From assembly GCA_013265495.1 (NCBI GenBank), contig MU058824.1, positions 1,453,111-1,517,110 of the forward strand: a stretch of DNA of 64,000 nt, read 5' to 3'. Of the stretch, positions 1 through 15,941 are shown one piece after another. The position numbers and the translations under genes were made by a program. Numbering within the stretch: position 1 is the first letter of the stretch; every line of letters begins with the position of its first letter. The notes beneath the pieces are model-generated. The model was not told the DNA's origin. It made no database searches and saw only the letters and a list, made by a program, of their open reading frames with translations. The DNA is from Vicugna vicugna. Taxonomy: Eukaryota.

Positions 1-2
1 AT

Positions 3-172
3 CAGAGTGGGTCCCAAACTTTAGCACGCCTCAGAATCACCTGAAGGGCTTGTTAAAATATGGATGGCTAGTCTCCACACTCGGTTTCGGTTTCGGAGAT
101 CCAGGTCTGCGGTGGGATGAGAAAATTTGCATTTGTAAAATGTCCCAGATGGTGCTGCTTCAAGAACCACTG
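3..172. mobile_element. MER5A-like hAT-Charlie DNA transposon
   Basis: caaactttagcacgcctcagaatcacctgaagggcttgttaaaa...ttcaagaaccactg resembles the MER5A consensus and termini. Confidence 0.75.
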
Positions 173-410
173 GTGAAGAGAGATGAAAGTACAAAAGTTA
201 CTTGTAGCCCTAACGCACATCCCAAGTAAGGACGGCACTGACGGCCCCGCAGGACATTTCTGCGTGGACAGAGTAGACCTATTCGTTCCTTAATTCAGTC
301 AAGGACTATTTAGGAAGCGCCGAGTAAGTGCCGGGCGCTGGGGTTATCAGCGGCGCAAGCCACAGGCCAGGCCCCTGAGGCGGTGGGCTCAGACCCCGGC
401 CCAGTGGTAG

Positions 411-1355
<945 letters not shown>

Positions 1356-1849
1356 TAAAGAGTGAAGGACTGGTTAAGAGAGAGTTGGAATGGTAAACTT
1401 TGAGCAGCTTGGCATATGACGAGACGTGGACGCGCTTTTTAATAACGTAAAATTAGAATCTTAGAAACATTGTACTTTCAAAACAGAATCTGGGAACTGC
1501 AGATAGAATCGTAGAGACTCAGAACCTTAAAGATGTTCATTCATTCCTTCTTGCGATAAAGGTTTCCAAAGAACCTATCTGCCCACCCTAGCTTGACGTC
1601 CAGAATGCTTCGAGACCCACTGGAGCAGCTCATATGCCACTGAGCAGGCCAGGCAAAGGAACAGGCTTGACTGGGAAAGTTCGGGGAGCTCTGGGAGTAG
1701 CAGACTCAGTTTCGGGAGGTGGTGGAAGGTTTCTGGTAAGGATGATGTGTATATTCAAGTGAAGACCCGAGGATGCCTAAGAGTTGACCAGGACAGAGGA
1801 AGCGGAAGGTGGGAAGGGGGTGATAGGAGGCCCATGCAAAGGTTGGCAG

Positions 1850-2250
1850 CCAAAGTGAAACAGGCAGGGGTTGGATTGCTAGAACAATGTTATGGCTGGG
1901 AGGGGTTGGGAGTATTGGGAGATGAGCCCTCTCTAGAAAGAGGAAGATGCCTGGTGGCAAGCTGAGAAAGGTGAGCTATCCTAAGGGCACTGGGGAGTAA
2001 TGGGAGGTTCTAGGCAGGCTAGTGACAGAATCAGATTTATGTTTGGAAAGATCACTATTGCTGCAGTGTGAGGATGGATTGGAGCGAAGGGCTAGAGTCA
2101 GAAAGGCTGGTTAGCAGGGGATTACCACAATCCAGGAAGAAGTGATGGTGGCCTGGACCAGAGCAGAGACAGTGGTGGGAGGGCAAATTGATGAGTTTGA
2201 GCTGTACTCAGGAAGTAGGATGAACAGGACTTGAAAATCTGGTATAAAGA
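1850..2250. mobile_element. L2 LINE fragment
   Basis: aatcagatttatgtttggaaagatcactattgctgcagtgtgaggatggattggag is typical of L2; boundaries approximate. Confidence 0.55.
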
Positions 2251-2389
2251 AACTGGTATACAGTGAAGTCTCTCAGTCCTGTCAGCCATCTATTTGGGTC
2301 CCACCTAGTTTCTTGGAGAAATTCCCAAAGGAGGGAACAGAAGTCACTTGTAATTTTGATGGCTGTTGCCAAACTGCTCTCCATACAGG

Positions 2390-2692
2390 TGTATTAGTTT
2401 CCTATGGCTGCTGTAACAATGTACTACAAAGCCAGCAGCGATCACATCACCCTGACCTCTGCTCTGTCATCACATCTTCTGACTCTTCTGCCTCCCTCTT
2501 CCACATTTAAAGGACCCTTGTGATTCCACTGAGCCTACCTGGATAATCACCCCATCTTAAGGGTAGCTGATTAGCAACCTTAATTCTACCTGCAAACTTA
2601 ACTTCCCATTTGCCATGAGACCTAACATATTTACAGGTTCTGAGGATTAGGATGTGGACATCTTTGGGGAGCCCATTATTCTACTGCACACA
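2390..2692. mobile_element. MLT1-type MaLR solo LTR (internally deleted)
   Basis: tgtattagtttcctatggctgctgtaacaa start; ggattaggatgtggacatctttgggg...cacaca end. Confidence 0.75.
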
Positions 2693-5189
2693 GTAGGAGT
2701 GCCAGTTTACCCTCCCAGCAGCAGTATATATAAGGGCCTGGTTTTCTGCAGCCTTTCCAGCAGAGTATATTATCAGACTTTTGGATTTTTGTGTCTGATG
2801 AGTGAAAAATGTCTTCGAGTGGCTGTGATTTGCATATGTTAAACTGAGTGAAGTAAAACATCTTTCCATATGTATGAGCCAGTTGTTTTTCTGAAAGGCA
2901 TTGAAATCACAACAGTCTTACCCAGAATCTTCCCATTGTGACACAATAATATTTTCTTTCTGAGTTATTTTCTAAGTGTTACAGAGTTGTTCTAATTTGT
3001 ATTGCTGGCAAATTTTTATTCTGCATCATTTTCAAATATGTCATTTTCAGCTGCTGTGCGATATTCCATCCGTGGGATGGTACTGTGGTTTGCCTAGCTG
3101 TTCCTTAGCCCTTGGGCATTTATTTCAATCTATAAGCACTCTTTGGGAACACATCCCAGTTGTAACATTCATGCTGCCCATTCACATGGATTAATGCAGT
3201 GTTTTATAAACCTATCATTGTGTTGGGACCCTTTGTCTTAAGACACCTGATTTCTTGCCTGGAGCAGTATGGAATGACCATAAAGCCTTTTGGGCTATGG
3301 ACCTTTCTTCTGAGGTTCCCTATCTCTCTTAGTGGCCCCATCCACTCTTCCAGGCTTTAAAACTCCAGGTAACTCTTCAGCCTGGAACCTGTCTGTGCCA
3401 TAACCTCTCTTGAATCCATACCCTCCTCCTTCCCCTCTGCCTTAGTCCCGGCCGCACGTTTGTAGTGGCCTCCCACTGCACTCCCTTCCTCCAGGTGTGC
3501 CTTCTGTAATCCATCCTCCGCAGAGCTTCCATATCTTTCTCAAATGAATGTTTGGCTGTGCCCCTCCCGCAATGGCTTCCCTAGTCAGAGCCCTTAGTGT
3601 GGCATTTGAGGCTCTCACATTTGGACCTCTCCCCAGTTCCTCTCTTCTCCTTTCCCCCGGACTTCCTAAAGTCAGGCCAAGATGATTTCATCCAGGCCTT
3701 CTTTGTGTTTCCCTGCATGTTTATTTTATTTAGACTTAACATTTATTGAGCAGTTACTATATGCCAAGACTATTATCTCCACTTTACGGATGAGAATTTG
3801 AGATTACAAAATTTGCTCCTGAGAATACAGCTAGTCAGCAGATTTGGAGAGTCTGCCTGCAGAGCCCTGACCATAACCACATACAGGAAGCCCCTTCCTT
3901 CCCTTCTCCTTTCAGTAAAGCCCCCTTCTTCCTCCCAGCTTAGCTTCTTCTGGAAAGCCTGCCATGATATCCCTCCATTCTCTGGTGTCTCACCCCTGGG
4001 CAGACCTCTGCCGGCATGCCCACCACTCCATGTTAGAGCTGGTTGCCTTTGTCAGTAGCACCCAAACCTGGCCGCACATGAGAATCACTGAGATGCTTTT
4101 CCAAATCAGATCCTGTGTTCCCTTTCTGGGATTGTGATTCAGAACACCTGAGAGGAACAGGAACTCTGAGCAGAGGCTCCCCAGCGATTCTCCCACAAGG
4201 TAGGTTTGGGAGCCACTGATAGAGGGAGCCCTTAGTGAGCCCCTGAGGGCCTGGCTGAGCGAGATTTATGTTTGCAGCACCTGATACACTTTAGGGTATC
4301 TGAATGATGCTGATCACCAATTTTTGCTGTTAACCAACTTCTGCAGGATGGTCAAAGTTATCTGGTTAATTTCATCTAATTAATTTCTGTTAATCTTGAT
4401 GGTATAGGAGACTCAGAAGAATGAACCTAAACTCTGTTAACCAATAATTTAAATTTTAAGAGGATTTTCCTTCTTCTCTACAATTTGGTATTGTAAAAAG
4501 AGCTAGAATTTGTGATCCAAGTGTCCTGACTTTGTCACTTGCAAATCAAGAAGCTCTGGACTAATTATGTTCCTCTTTATTCCTCCGTTTATCTTACAAG
4601 TGCTCTTTTGGGAGCGTTAGCTTTGACATACTCTTTAATTCACTCCTATGAGACTATGGTAGAATCTGACAGTCTGGTGAGAGGATGAGAATTAACTCTC
4701 AACCTTTAGCTGAGCCCTGGCAGGGCCTGGTACTTTAAAATGTATTGTCCTTCTGTTTGTGATACTGACCACCTGTGCTCAGATGTCACCTTTGTGCTGG
4801 GTTGTGCTTTCTGTTGCTGAATCCATATCAAAAGCTCAGTGTTGAGGAATAATATGTAGGGAGACTTCCTAAAGGATACACTGTCTGTCTATCCCTTGGA
4901 TCAGGACAGCCAAACACATGGCTGTGTGCTGACATGTTCCAGTCTTGTGCTTTTCTTCCCTGAATCTAAGATATGCCTCAGAGTAAGTACCTCAAGGTGG
5001 TGCTCCTGGCAGCTGCCACTTTTGGTGCAGTGAGCATCTGTTTTATCATCCCAGCTCTCTGTATTTCAAAGCATCATTGGATTGGGCCAGGCCGTGAGAG
5101 GCCCTGTGCCTGGACTGCAGTTTGGTCTCTTGTGGGTGTTTTAGTATCAGAGATGGTTACATTCATGTTTTCTCCTATTCAAGTGATAA

Positions 5190-5405
5190 CCTTTATTGAG
5201 CACTTACTTGGTGTCGAGCACTGTGCTAAGTGTTTCAAATGAATTAACTCACTCAAGCCACACAAAACCTTAGGAAGTAGGTACTATTCCCCATTTTACA
5301 GATAAAGAATTGAGGCTCAGAGAAATTAGGTCATTTGTCCAAGGCTGCGCAGTTAGTAAGTGGCAGAGTCAGATTCACACCTAGGCAGGTGGCTCCAGAG
5401 CCTGT
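5190..5405. mobile_element. MIR SINE
   Basis: tttattgagcacttac...cccattttacagataaagaattgaggctcagaga core. Confidence 0.75.
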
Positions 5406-6057
5406 GGTCCCAGCCTGTGCGCCCAGCCTGAATCCTGTAACTGACCATTCTCCTTTTGGTGTTGGCCGCAAGGAAACCAGTCTCCAAATTTACCAGCCAC
5501 TAGGGGGACAGGTTGCGTGGTGTTTGCTTTGGCTCTAACTTCACCCTTGGCTTCCTTACTTTCCTTCTTCTGCCCTTCAGTTCTCCGCCTGCCAGCGTGG
5601 CAGAGCTGGCCTCTCAGCCCAGTGCTTCGAGAGTGGGTGTGTGTGCCAGGTCTTTCAACACAGGTGTTATTTGCTGAAATTAATTGGTAATCGGAGCAGC
5701 TGCCCAGAGAGCCCTGAGCTTCCCCATCTTCAGTAATTACCTATTAGAAACTTAGCATCCATGAAATATCTCAGCCTTCATTGAATCCTTTTATATTTTC
5801 AGCCTAATTAAGTGACCTCTTGGGCTGCTCAGGAATTCAGAAAGCATCCCAAATGTCAGCATTTCAGCCGTTTTCCTCCTCTGTGACTTTGTTATGCCAG
5901 AAGAACTGGGGTTTGGGATTTTAGGGTCTTGGTTCAAGTTTTCGGCTATATCACTTCCAAACTGAGAGGCTCTGGATTATTGCTTTCTATTCTACTCTTC
6001 AGTTTCCTCCTCTGTGGAACAGGCATTATCATTTTATCGTAGGGTGTATTAAGATCC

Positions 6058-6820
6058 AATGAGTTCGTTTGTATCATTTTTATTAGATTCCACATATAAG
6101 TGATATATGATATTTATCTTTGTCTGACTTCACTTATGATAATCTCTGAGTCCACCCATGTTGCTGCAAATAGCATTATTTCATTCTTTTTATGGCTGAG
6201 TAATATTCCATTGTATGTGTATACCACATCTTCTTTATCCATTCATCTGTCTATAGACATTTAGGTTTTTTCCAAGTTTTGGCTATTGTAAATAGTGCTG
6301 CTATGAACATTGCAGTGCATGTATCTTTCTGAGTTAGAGTTTTCTCTGGATATATGCCCAGGAGTGGGATTGCTAGATCATATGGTAAGTCTATTTTTAG
6401 TTTCTTAAGGCACCTCTCTATACTGTTCTCCATTTACATTCCCACCAACAGTGTAGGAGGGTTCCCTTTTCTCCACACCCTCTCCAGCATTTATTATTTG
6501 TAGACTTTTAAAACAGAAATAGACTCACAGATATAGAAAGCAAACTTATGGTTACCAAAGGGGTAAGGAGGAAGGGATAAATTTGGAATTTAAGATTAAC
6601 AGACACACACTAATATATATAAAATAAACAACAAGGGCCTACTGTATAGCACAGGGAACTATATTCAATATCTTGTAATCACTTAAAATGGAAAAGAATC
6701 TGAAAAAGAATATATATCTATATCTCTATATATTGATATATAACCGAATCACTTTGCTGTATACCTGAAACATTGTAAATCAAGTGTACTTCAATGAAAA
6801 AATTAAAATTAAAAAAAAAA
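6058..6820 (+). mobile_element. 5'-inverted (twin-primed) L1 3' end with poly(A) and TSD aagatcc
   Basis: 6058-~6509 is antisense ORF2 C-terminus/3'UTR (ORF 6251-6433 LKIDLPYDLAIPLLGIYP); ~6510-6820 is sense 3'UTR plus poly(A); TSD at 6051-6057 and 6819-6825. Confidence 0.88.
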
Positions 6821-8853
6821 GATCCTGTGAAATAAAAACATGACAGTATCCCTATTATCTGCTGTTAGGGATTATGCTAGATTTTAATCTCATGCTTGAT
6901 GGCTGAAAGTGTAGTCTTTTCGAGTTGTCTGCTCCAGTGGAGGATATACCAGTTCTTCAGCTGCTTCCATGGCCTGTCTCTGGACCATCCTCTACTTGGT
7001 TATGCCAATTGTTTATTCACTTATTCATTTGACAGAATTTACTGAGCTCCACTGTGGGTCAGCCACCCGGTCCTGTCTTTGGAGAGGGCACAGTCTAACA
7101 GGGAGACACAGTTATAGAAGGAGGACTCTGGTCCATCAGTAGGGGTGAGGACAGGAATTGCGGGTGCTCAAGCGAGGGGCACCTGAACTGGTGTGGGGGC
7201 TGGTCTGGAAGCTGCTCAGAGGAGGCGAGATCTAAGCTGAATCCTGCAGCAGGATAAAGGGTGTGCTTCGTAGACAAGGACAGGAGGGTACTGTGGTGGG
7301 AAAGGCAGGATGGCAGTGGCGTGGGAGGAGTGTAATTGGTGAGTGCTGGTGAGCATGGCCAGGTACAGTGTGGGAGTTGGGAGGAAACGAGGTTGACAAA
7401 GTTGGCAGGCCTTCCTGCCGAACAGTGGGAACATTGACCATCAGATTTATGTTTGGGGAATATTAGCGTGGAGGAGGGGCAGGAAGAAACAAGGTAGGGA
7501 GACAGGTTGGGGTTGCAGCTATCTGCATTTGAGTTTATTTCCATCTGACTTGCATTCTGTCTGCTCTTGGAGAAGAGGCTGGACAGGCCAGTCCCCCTGC
7601 AGCTGGGGGAGCCAATTTACGAAGCTCTCACACCACGCTCCACAGGCCAACTGACCCGGTACTGTTAAGGTTCATGTCCCAGAAGGTATTTGTAAGTTCA
7701 GACCAGAGTTCAGCCTTGGCTCTGGTTCCACAGAAAGGAGGGAGGCCCTGGGATTTTAGATGAGGGACGAAGCCTGCTTCCAGAGAGGAGGGGAGCGCAA
7801 CAAGAGATTGATTGCAGGTGCAGGCGTCATGCAGGCGTTATGGTCCTGTAAAAGCTGGCACCGCCAGCCCCTCTCTTGTTTTTTTTTCCTTTTAGTCTAA
7901 GGCTCCTTACATTTCTGAGCCCAGAAAGAGTGCACCAACAGGAAAACACTGCAAAACAGAACTCTTCTGCCCTCTGGCGGCAAAAGAAGGAAGAGATTTT
8001 GCTGGGAAGAGGCATCTGTTTTCCTCTTCCTGGTATTAGAGTTGGTGGGTGCTGTCTGTCTCCTCAGTGTCCCAGCTCAGGCTACACAGGAAGAGTTTAG
8101 CTCAGGCCAGATTCTCAGCCACCAGCAGGGGACATTCCAGCCAGCAGGCGGCAGCAGGCCTCTAGCCAGAGGTGTCCCAGCCCCTCTCTGCTGACCACAG
8201 CTATGCCACTCCTCTTGGCAGGGGGTCAGCTGTCTCATCTCAGAGGACCTTCTGTGCATGTGGTTTGGGGCTGAGGAGGGACATGAGTCAGACATGGGTC
8301 CTGCCCGTGAGGGATCAGAGCACAGGCAGAAAGGCAGCTTACCTTACCGGGCACTGAAGCAGAGTCAGTTTATCTCCCTGAGATGTAGGAAAGGAGCGTG
8401 GTGTGGGGGTAAGTGGGAGGGCAGGCAGGATTTGGACAGACCTGGGTTCTGTCCCTGTCACTGACCTTGGCACACTGTGTAATATAAAGTGTTTAATGAT
8501 TATGACAATCATAGCTAACGTTTATGTGGCGCTTCCTTTGGCCAAGCACTGTCCTAGATGCTTATATGTATTATATGTTTATACATGTTAACTCATTTAA
8601 TCCTTAGTAGCCTTTAAAATAGATATAATTACATCCCCACTTTAGAGATGAGGAAATGAAGGCACCAAGACACCAAAGTTCTTTCTCCAGGTCATGCAGC
8701 TGGTGTGTTGGGAACTAGACAGGGCAGGGGCTCACCTTTGTGATGGCACATATGCGGGGCCAGCACAGTGCCTGGCTCCAGAAGAAGACTTTTCATTGTA
8801 AGCAGCTATTACAATTTTAATAATGAACAATTCAATAATTAATAACTTAATGA

Positions 8854-9585
<732 letters not shown>

Positions 9586-9743
9586 TGAAAGAATCAGGTG
9601 GGAGTGCTGCGCCACGCTATTCCCAAACTGCCCTCCAGAGAGTGATTTGGTAGTTCTCAGAAGAGCCTGGAAGCCCGTCTAGCAAGTCCCCTCCTTCCTA
9701 ATCAGATGATTCTGATGCAGGAGGTTCTGGGATCCTTCTAGGA

Positions 9744-9959
9744 TAGGGATCTGCAAACTTTTTCTGTTAAGGGCCAGATAATAAATATTTTAGGCTTTGT
9801 GGGCCGTGCAGTCTCTGTGGAAACCACTCAGTTCTGCTAAAGTGAAAGCAGCCTACGTAATATGTCAATGAGCGGGTGGGGCTGTGTTCCGGGAAAACTG
9901 TAATTCTCAAAACAGGCGTAGGGGCAGATTGGCCCAGGACTGTGGTTTGCCAACCCCTG
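9744..9959. mobile_element. MER58A-like hAT-Charlie element
   Basis: TIR-like ends taggga-tctgcaaac / gtttgccaacccctg; 8-bp flanks ttctagga / ctctagaa fit the Charlie target preference. Confidence 0.75.
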
Positions 9960-11769
9960 CTCTAGAACAGTGTGCCTGACCTCAGCTGCCAATGACCAGT
10001 CCTCAGAGACTAATTAATATAAAATTTAGCGCACTTTCGAGTTGTGTTTTTTCAACATCTATTAGAGCATCCTGTTTCTTTTTCCTTTTTGCCATCTTTC
10101 TGGCATTTAAGGGATGTCAAACAATCCAGATCTGCCACAGGACATACCATGTTTCTAAACCTCTAGTTCATCATGTGCAGTAGAGCCATGAAATGCAGAG
10201 TCACACACTGCCTCGGGGCTCTGTCTGCGATGGGTCTGATTTCAGTGGCGGGACTGAGACAGCCCAGGCTGTAAGGTTGGGCTGCAGCATATGAGCATCT
10301 GGGGCTGAAAGGTAAAAATTGAAAGAAAGTGTAGGTCTTCAGACAAATTGGCCCAAAAGACTTGAAAGTGTTGAAAAGTTTCATACCATCCAAAGAATAT
10401 GCAATAGTCCTGTAAATCAATTTAAAAAATTCAAATGGCCAATTAAAAATCCCATCAATCAAAAGATGCTGCACATTTGGGAAATGCTTTTTAGAAACAC
10501 ACTGTCTGGTCAGAACAACTCTAAAATAAACATGTTGAACAACCATGTAATGACAGAGATGGCAAAAATGACCAGGACACTGAAACAGAAAGGAAAAAGA
10601 AGTAAAGTTTAGGAAAACCTCTCTGAAGCTGGGAGACCTCTTTGTGCAGATTGGGAAACTGAAGTCCAGAGAGGAAGAGAGGCTAGTCAAAGGTCACACA
10701 CCTGTTAGAAGCTGAGTGACAGAAGGTGAGGAAGAGCACTGGCATGTGAGCCTGCCCATTTCCAGCACTTGTAGGGCCTCTGGGAGCTGGGCACGCTTGT
10801 AACTCTTGTGAACTTTTGTTTGCTTCGCATGTAAAATGGGGTTAATGACGACTACCAGGTGGCCCTGAGCAGAAGATATGTTGGCTTCTGGCTTGTGAGG
10901 CCCTTGGCGCAGAACGTAGCTGATCCTTGTTAGGTCCTGGGGAAGAGTTGCAGTTAGAAATTAGGGCTCAGGTCTCATTCAGGGTCTATTCCTTGACCCA
11001 GGGCTGTTGCCCTCCTTTAAACGTGTTCGTACATTTGTGTTTGTAGCTGGGATGGAGAAGAGAACTGGCTTGCAAAGCCCACACGCATGACATGCAGACC
11101 CTTACCTCACTTCCCGGTGCTCACCCATGTTGCGGGTGAGGGAAGTCTGCGCTGAGCAACTTGCTCAAGGCCTCCGCCTGGAAGTGTACAGTTCATGACT
11201 TGTGCCCCACCTGGATGCTGGGGTCTTAGCTCCCCACGTGCCTCTTAGGGATTGGCCTGGCACCCTGGGAAGGTGATTTCCTCATCTCAGACATGGTGGT
11301 GGGTATGCCCAGGGTCACCCTCTACCTGGATCAACCCTGCTTTGCCTGTGCAGCCGAGGGGCTTGGGGCCAGTTGCCTGCCCTCACCAGCCTCCCATTTC
11401 ATCGTCCCTAAGTTGGGGACGGGGATACCCCCGCCTCATCCTAGCCCAGAGGGAGCGTGGGAGAGATGCTGGCAGCTGCCGTCACCCTTTCCCTGTTGTC
11501 ATATTTGACGGGATCAGTCTCAGTTCCCAGCATACTTCTCCACTGAGCAGACCTGGGTGTGAGGCTCAGCTCCCCAACTTGGAGGCTGAATGGCCTTGGG
11601 TGTGTTCATTGTCCCTCCGGGGCTCCAGTGTCCTCTTTCATAAAACAGCCGGAATAAATGCACTTATCTTGTGAGGTTCTGTGAACAATAATAAAATAAT
11701 GCCTGTGAAATGTGTGCCCCAGTGCCTGGTGCATAGACAGTGCTCAGTGAATGGAAGCTACTGGATGTA

Positions 11770-12140
11770 TTTTTATTGACCGTGCGTCCATTCCGTTATT
11801 CTGCAAGTATTTGTTGGGTCCCTACTATGTACCAGGCACTGTTGTAGGCAGCAGTGAACAAATCAGACCCCATCCCTGCCCGTAAGGACCTTAGCCTCTA
11901 TAGAGGAGACAGGCCAGAAACAGGAAATAAGCATATTAAATACAATAAATTATGTAGTGTGGTAGGTGGTAAGTACTGTGAGGGGGAAAGAAAACCAACA
12001 GGGGCGAGGTGAGGGTCTGGGAGCAGTGGGGCTGGGGTGATGCAGGCCACCATGTGAACCAGGGCGGCTGGGGGGCCCCCTTGGGGAGGTGAGAGTTCAG
12101 CTGACTTTCAGGAGCTGATGTGGGACAGCAGCCAGGGCAA
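11770..12140. mobile_element. L2 LINE 3' fragment
   Basis: caagtatttgttgggtccctactatgtaccaggcactgttgtaggcagcagtgaacaaatcagac. Confidence 0.6.
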
Positions 12141-13428
12141 AGGCTGAGTTACTGATAATGACAGACTGTTAAATAACATCACCCCCAGCTCTTTTTGTCA
12201 GATGCCAGGGTATCCGCCCTCCACCATGGCCTCGGAGGCCCCAGCACCCTCCCTGGCATTAGCTGCAGGACCTGGCACCCTTGAGGCTGTACCTGTCATT
12301 GTGACACCTTCCCCACCCCCACTGCAGTTGTTTCTTGGGCCGTGGTGGGTCCCAGAGCTGCTCAGATACAGATGCAAACACTGGAGTGGGGAGTGAGAAG
12401 GGGTCACTCGACGTCAGGCTCAGCTGCCCCAGCTTCCTGGGGCCACACTGGGCTGCCAGTGATCCATCTGTACCAGATGGTTGCTTAGTAGCCAACACCA
12501 GGGTCAGATGACATGCTCTTTTCTATCAAAGGGTCTCAGCCTGAGAAGGCCCTGGCCCACAGCAAACCAGTTTCTTCAACACGTAAGGGAACAAGACCTG
12601 TTTTTTAAAACCAAGATGCAGAATCACTTCTTGATAGTACTTCACAGGCAAAATTAGGCACCTGGTGCCATGGCCCTGTCGATACTTCCCTGGAAGAGCC
12701 CGGGCGTTAACCACCCTTTCTGGGATGGGTGCTAGTGTCTAGGAAGATAACAAAAATTGCTCTTCTGAATAGAGCCTAAGACTTTCTGAAGCATTTTTCC
12801 ACCTATATTACCCACCCCTGCAACCACCACGTGGTCCCCATGTTAGCGTGGTGTCCCCATATCAGCCATGAGGAGACAGATCACTCTGGAAACATGCACT
12901 CAAATTTGGACGCCCTGACTCCAGACTCAGTGCTCCTTGTGCCATACCTGCAGCTTCCTCCCAGCTGCCTGAGGGGGCTGATCTGGACCAGGAATTTGGC
13001 CCCAGGGTCCCAGGTTTCCTCTTGCTCCATCCCCCAGATTCAGTCAAAGGAAGTCCAATATTCAGGCACCAGGGAGGAAACTGGTCTCAAGGATGTCTGC
13101 TTTCTGATGGGAGGGAGCAGGGTCCCCACTAGCTCAAGCTTCAAGGAAAGTGACGGGAAGAGCCAATGAGGGAGGGGCCAGCAAGGCCCAGGAGACACCT
13201 GGTGGGCAGCCGCCTGCAGGGAGCTGCATCAGAATCATTCACATGGCTGCTTATTTGGGAAGGAAAGCAGATGTTAACATTGGCTCTTCTGGTGGCCACG
13301 AGCATGACCTCCCCTGGGCTTAGCTGCTTAGTGTCTCTGGGGTCCTCTGCTCTGGAATTACTTCATTGTTGTACGTTTATTTTTTAGAAGAAAAGAATCA
13401 TTATTCCTTTAAAAAATTTTTTAAACAC

Positions 13429-13527
13429 TTTTTTATTGAGTAATGGTCATTTTACTATGTGTCAAATTCCAGTGTAGAGCACAATTTTTCACTTATACGT
13501 AAACATACATCTATTCATTGTCACATT
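13429..13527 (-). mobile_element. Short, heavily 5'-truncated L1 3' tail
   Basis: Similar to the L1 end at 63545 onward; flanked by aaaaattttt repeats (possible TSD). Confidence 0.6.
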
Positions 13528-13891
13528 AAAAATTTTTATAGGAATCCAGATTTTTCCAAGAGTATACTTTTCCATTATATCTGAGAAAGGACATCCCAGT
13601 GTTTGCAATACCTAAAAATGACTGCTTAATGAGTTGTGAGATCAGGAAATTGTCTGCTCATTCATGTTTCCTCGGCCAAATGACCTCCCACAGTCTGCGA
13701 AACATTTTCAGACACTCTGACAGTAAACCTTCCAGAAGGGCTGCTGGAATCATCTGTCACGTAGATCTCTGATGAGATTGCTTGTGAGAAGTAGATCATT
13801 TTTAAAGCCAAGTTCAGTGGTTACAACCTTGTGACTTTTCTGTTCTATTAAATCCTTCTGTGGTTAACTTTTAAAATCTTTGTTTACCCAG

Positions 13892-13936
13892 ATGAGGAGA
13901 AAAGGCGACCTGATATTTTCCATGCATTGAAAATGG
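13892..13936 (+). CDS. ANKS6: ANKS6 exon 3 (DEEKRRPDIFHALKMG)
   Basis: tttacccag|ATGAGG...ATGG|gtaagc; 45 bp, phase 1-1. Confidence 0.95.
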
Positions 13937-14555
13937 GTAAGCGCTTTAGAAAATCTTTTTGGATATTTAAAAATACAGCGCCATAGTCTCCCAACCTAAT
14001 ATTTATAGTCCTTTTGAAGGCTGCCCAGAGTATTTGAGAAAGAAACAGGCATTTTGTTGTTTCCTGACTCTGTAGTTTTACCCAGGGAGGGTCAGATCCT
14101 GGAGGCTAGTAGTTACTATGGTGCTTTACACACAGGTTCCAGACTGTTCTCTCAGACCCCCCTCCACCTCTCCAGCTAAACCCTTTGGCGATGTCGTGGC
14201 TTTTATCCACCTCTAGAATGCATGGCTGCTCACCTACCCACTCCGTTCTCTTTGTAATGGAGAACTATTTAGCCTAAAGTTTCCTCTCCTGAAATAGACT
14301 CCATCTCCAGGAAGTCCTCCCTGATCCTCACCTCCCAGGGAGCCCTGAGCTCTCCTTCTGCATGTGCATTGCCCTTCATCATCACTGTTCTCTTAAGATG
14401 TCAATGACACTCTTTAAGTAAAGCTGTTTGTGTGCTTGCCTCCACCCCTTGTAGACTGAAGGGTTTGAGTGGGGGCTACATCTGACTCATCTTTGTAGCC
14501 CCTTTGATGCCTGGCAGCCCAGTGCAGAGGCAGGCACAGCACGTTGGTTACATGA

Positions 14556-14843
<288 letters not shown>

Positions 14844-15647
14844 TAAGATAGGGTTCCTGATGGGTTTCTGGTCCTGAGGTGCCCCAGATAAGCCCCACGG
14901 TTGTGAAGATGTTGAGACATGCGAAAAAGACTAAAAACAGCACAGGCTCATTCTGTCCTGCGTTCCCCTCCTCTCCGTGTTCAAATCTCCTGATACCTCA
15001 GCACAGAATTTCACCAGTGGCCGTGAGAATCCAGGCAGCAGGAAGATTTGATACTGAAAAATGTTTCTGTTGGTTGATTTTGGTCGAGCAGAGAGATTGG
15101 TTCTTTTGGAGTTTCACATTGTTGTGCAGAGGCCCCTTTAAATTTTCCCCACTGGAAATAACCATCAGCCATTCATACCACTGGCTTCTCAGAGACGTTG
15201 TCCAATAGTGAGACTTGTCCTAACCCTCATTTTGATTAAGTGTCAGTGTTGACTGGTGCCTTGAACCCCTTCTTATCTAGTCACCCAACTGCCCTCCTTG
15301 ATGCCTCCTCTTTGGGGTGGGCTGACCAAGAGGCAGGGATCTGCACACCGTCTTAACCCCGCTAAGTGATCTGATTCCAAATGAGGGATTCAGGTGATCA
15401 GAGCACTTTCCTGCATCCTCTTGAAGTGTTTTGTTTCCTCATGTGACGAGCCTCAGACTTCCACATCAAACTCCTTGGCTTGCGGGAGGCTTCGTGTTCG
15501 AGCTGCAGGGGTTCTGATGGGGTGGGAGGTCCTGGGGGCCAGTGGTTTTTGGGCAGAGCCCTTGGGTTTCATCTTGTTCGTGAAAGGAGCACTTTGGGCT
15601 TTGATTTCCATCACAGCAGCCCAAGGGGTAGGGAACAAGGGCTATAA

Positions 15648-15941
<294 letters not shown>

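Noticed and set aside
10163..10690. Overlapping 175-aa (minus) and 97-aa (plus) intronic ORFs
   Set aside because: Non-ATG starts, no recognisable domain or splice context, and one end lies in a MIR-like sequence; likely chance
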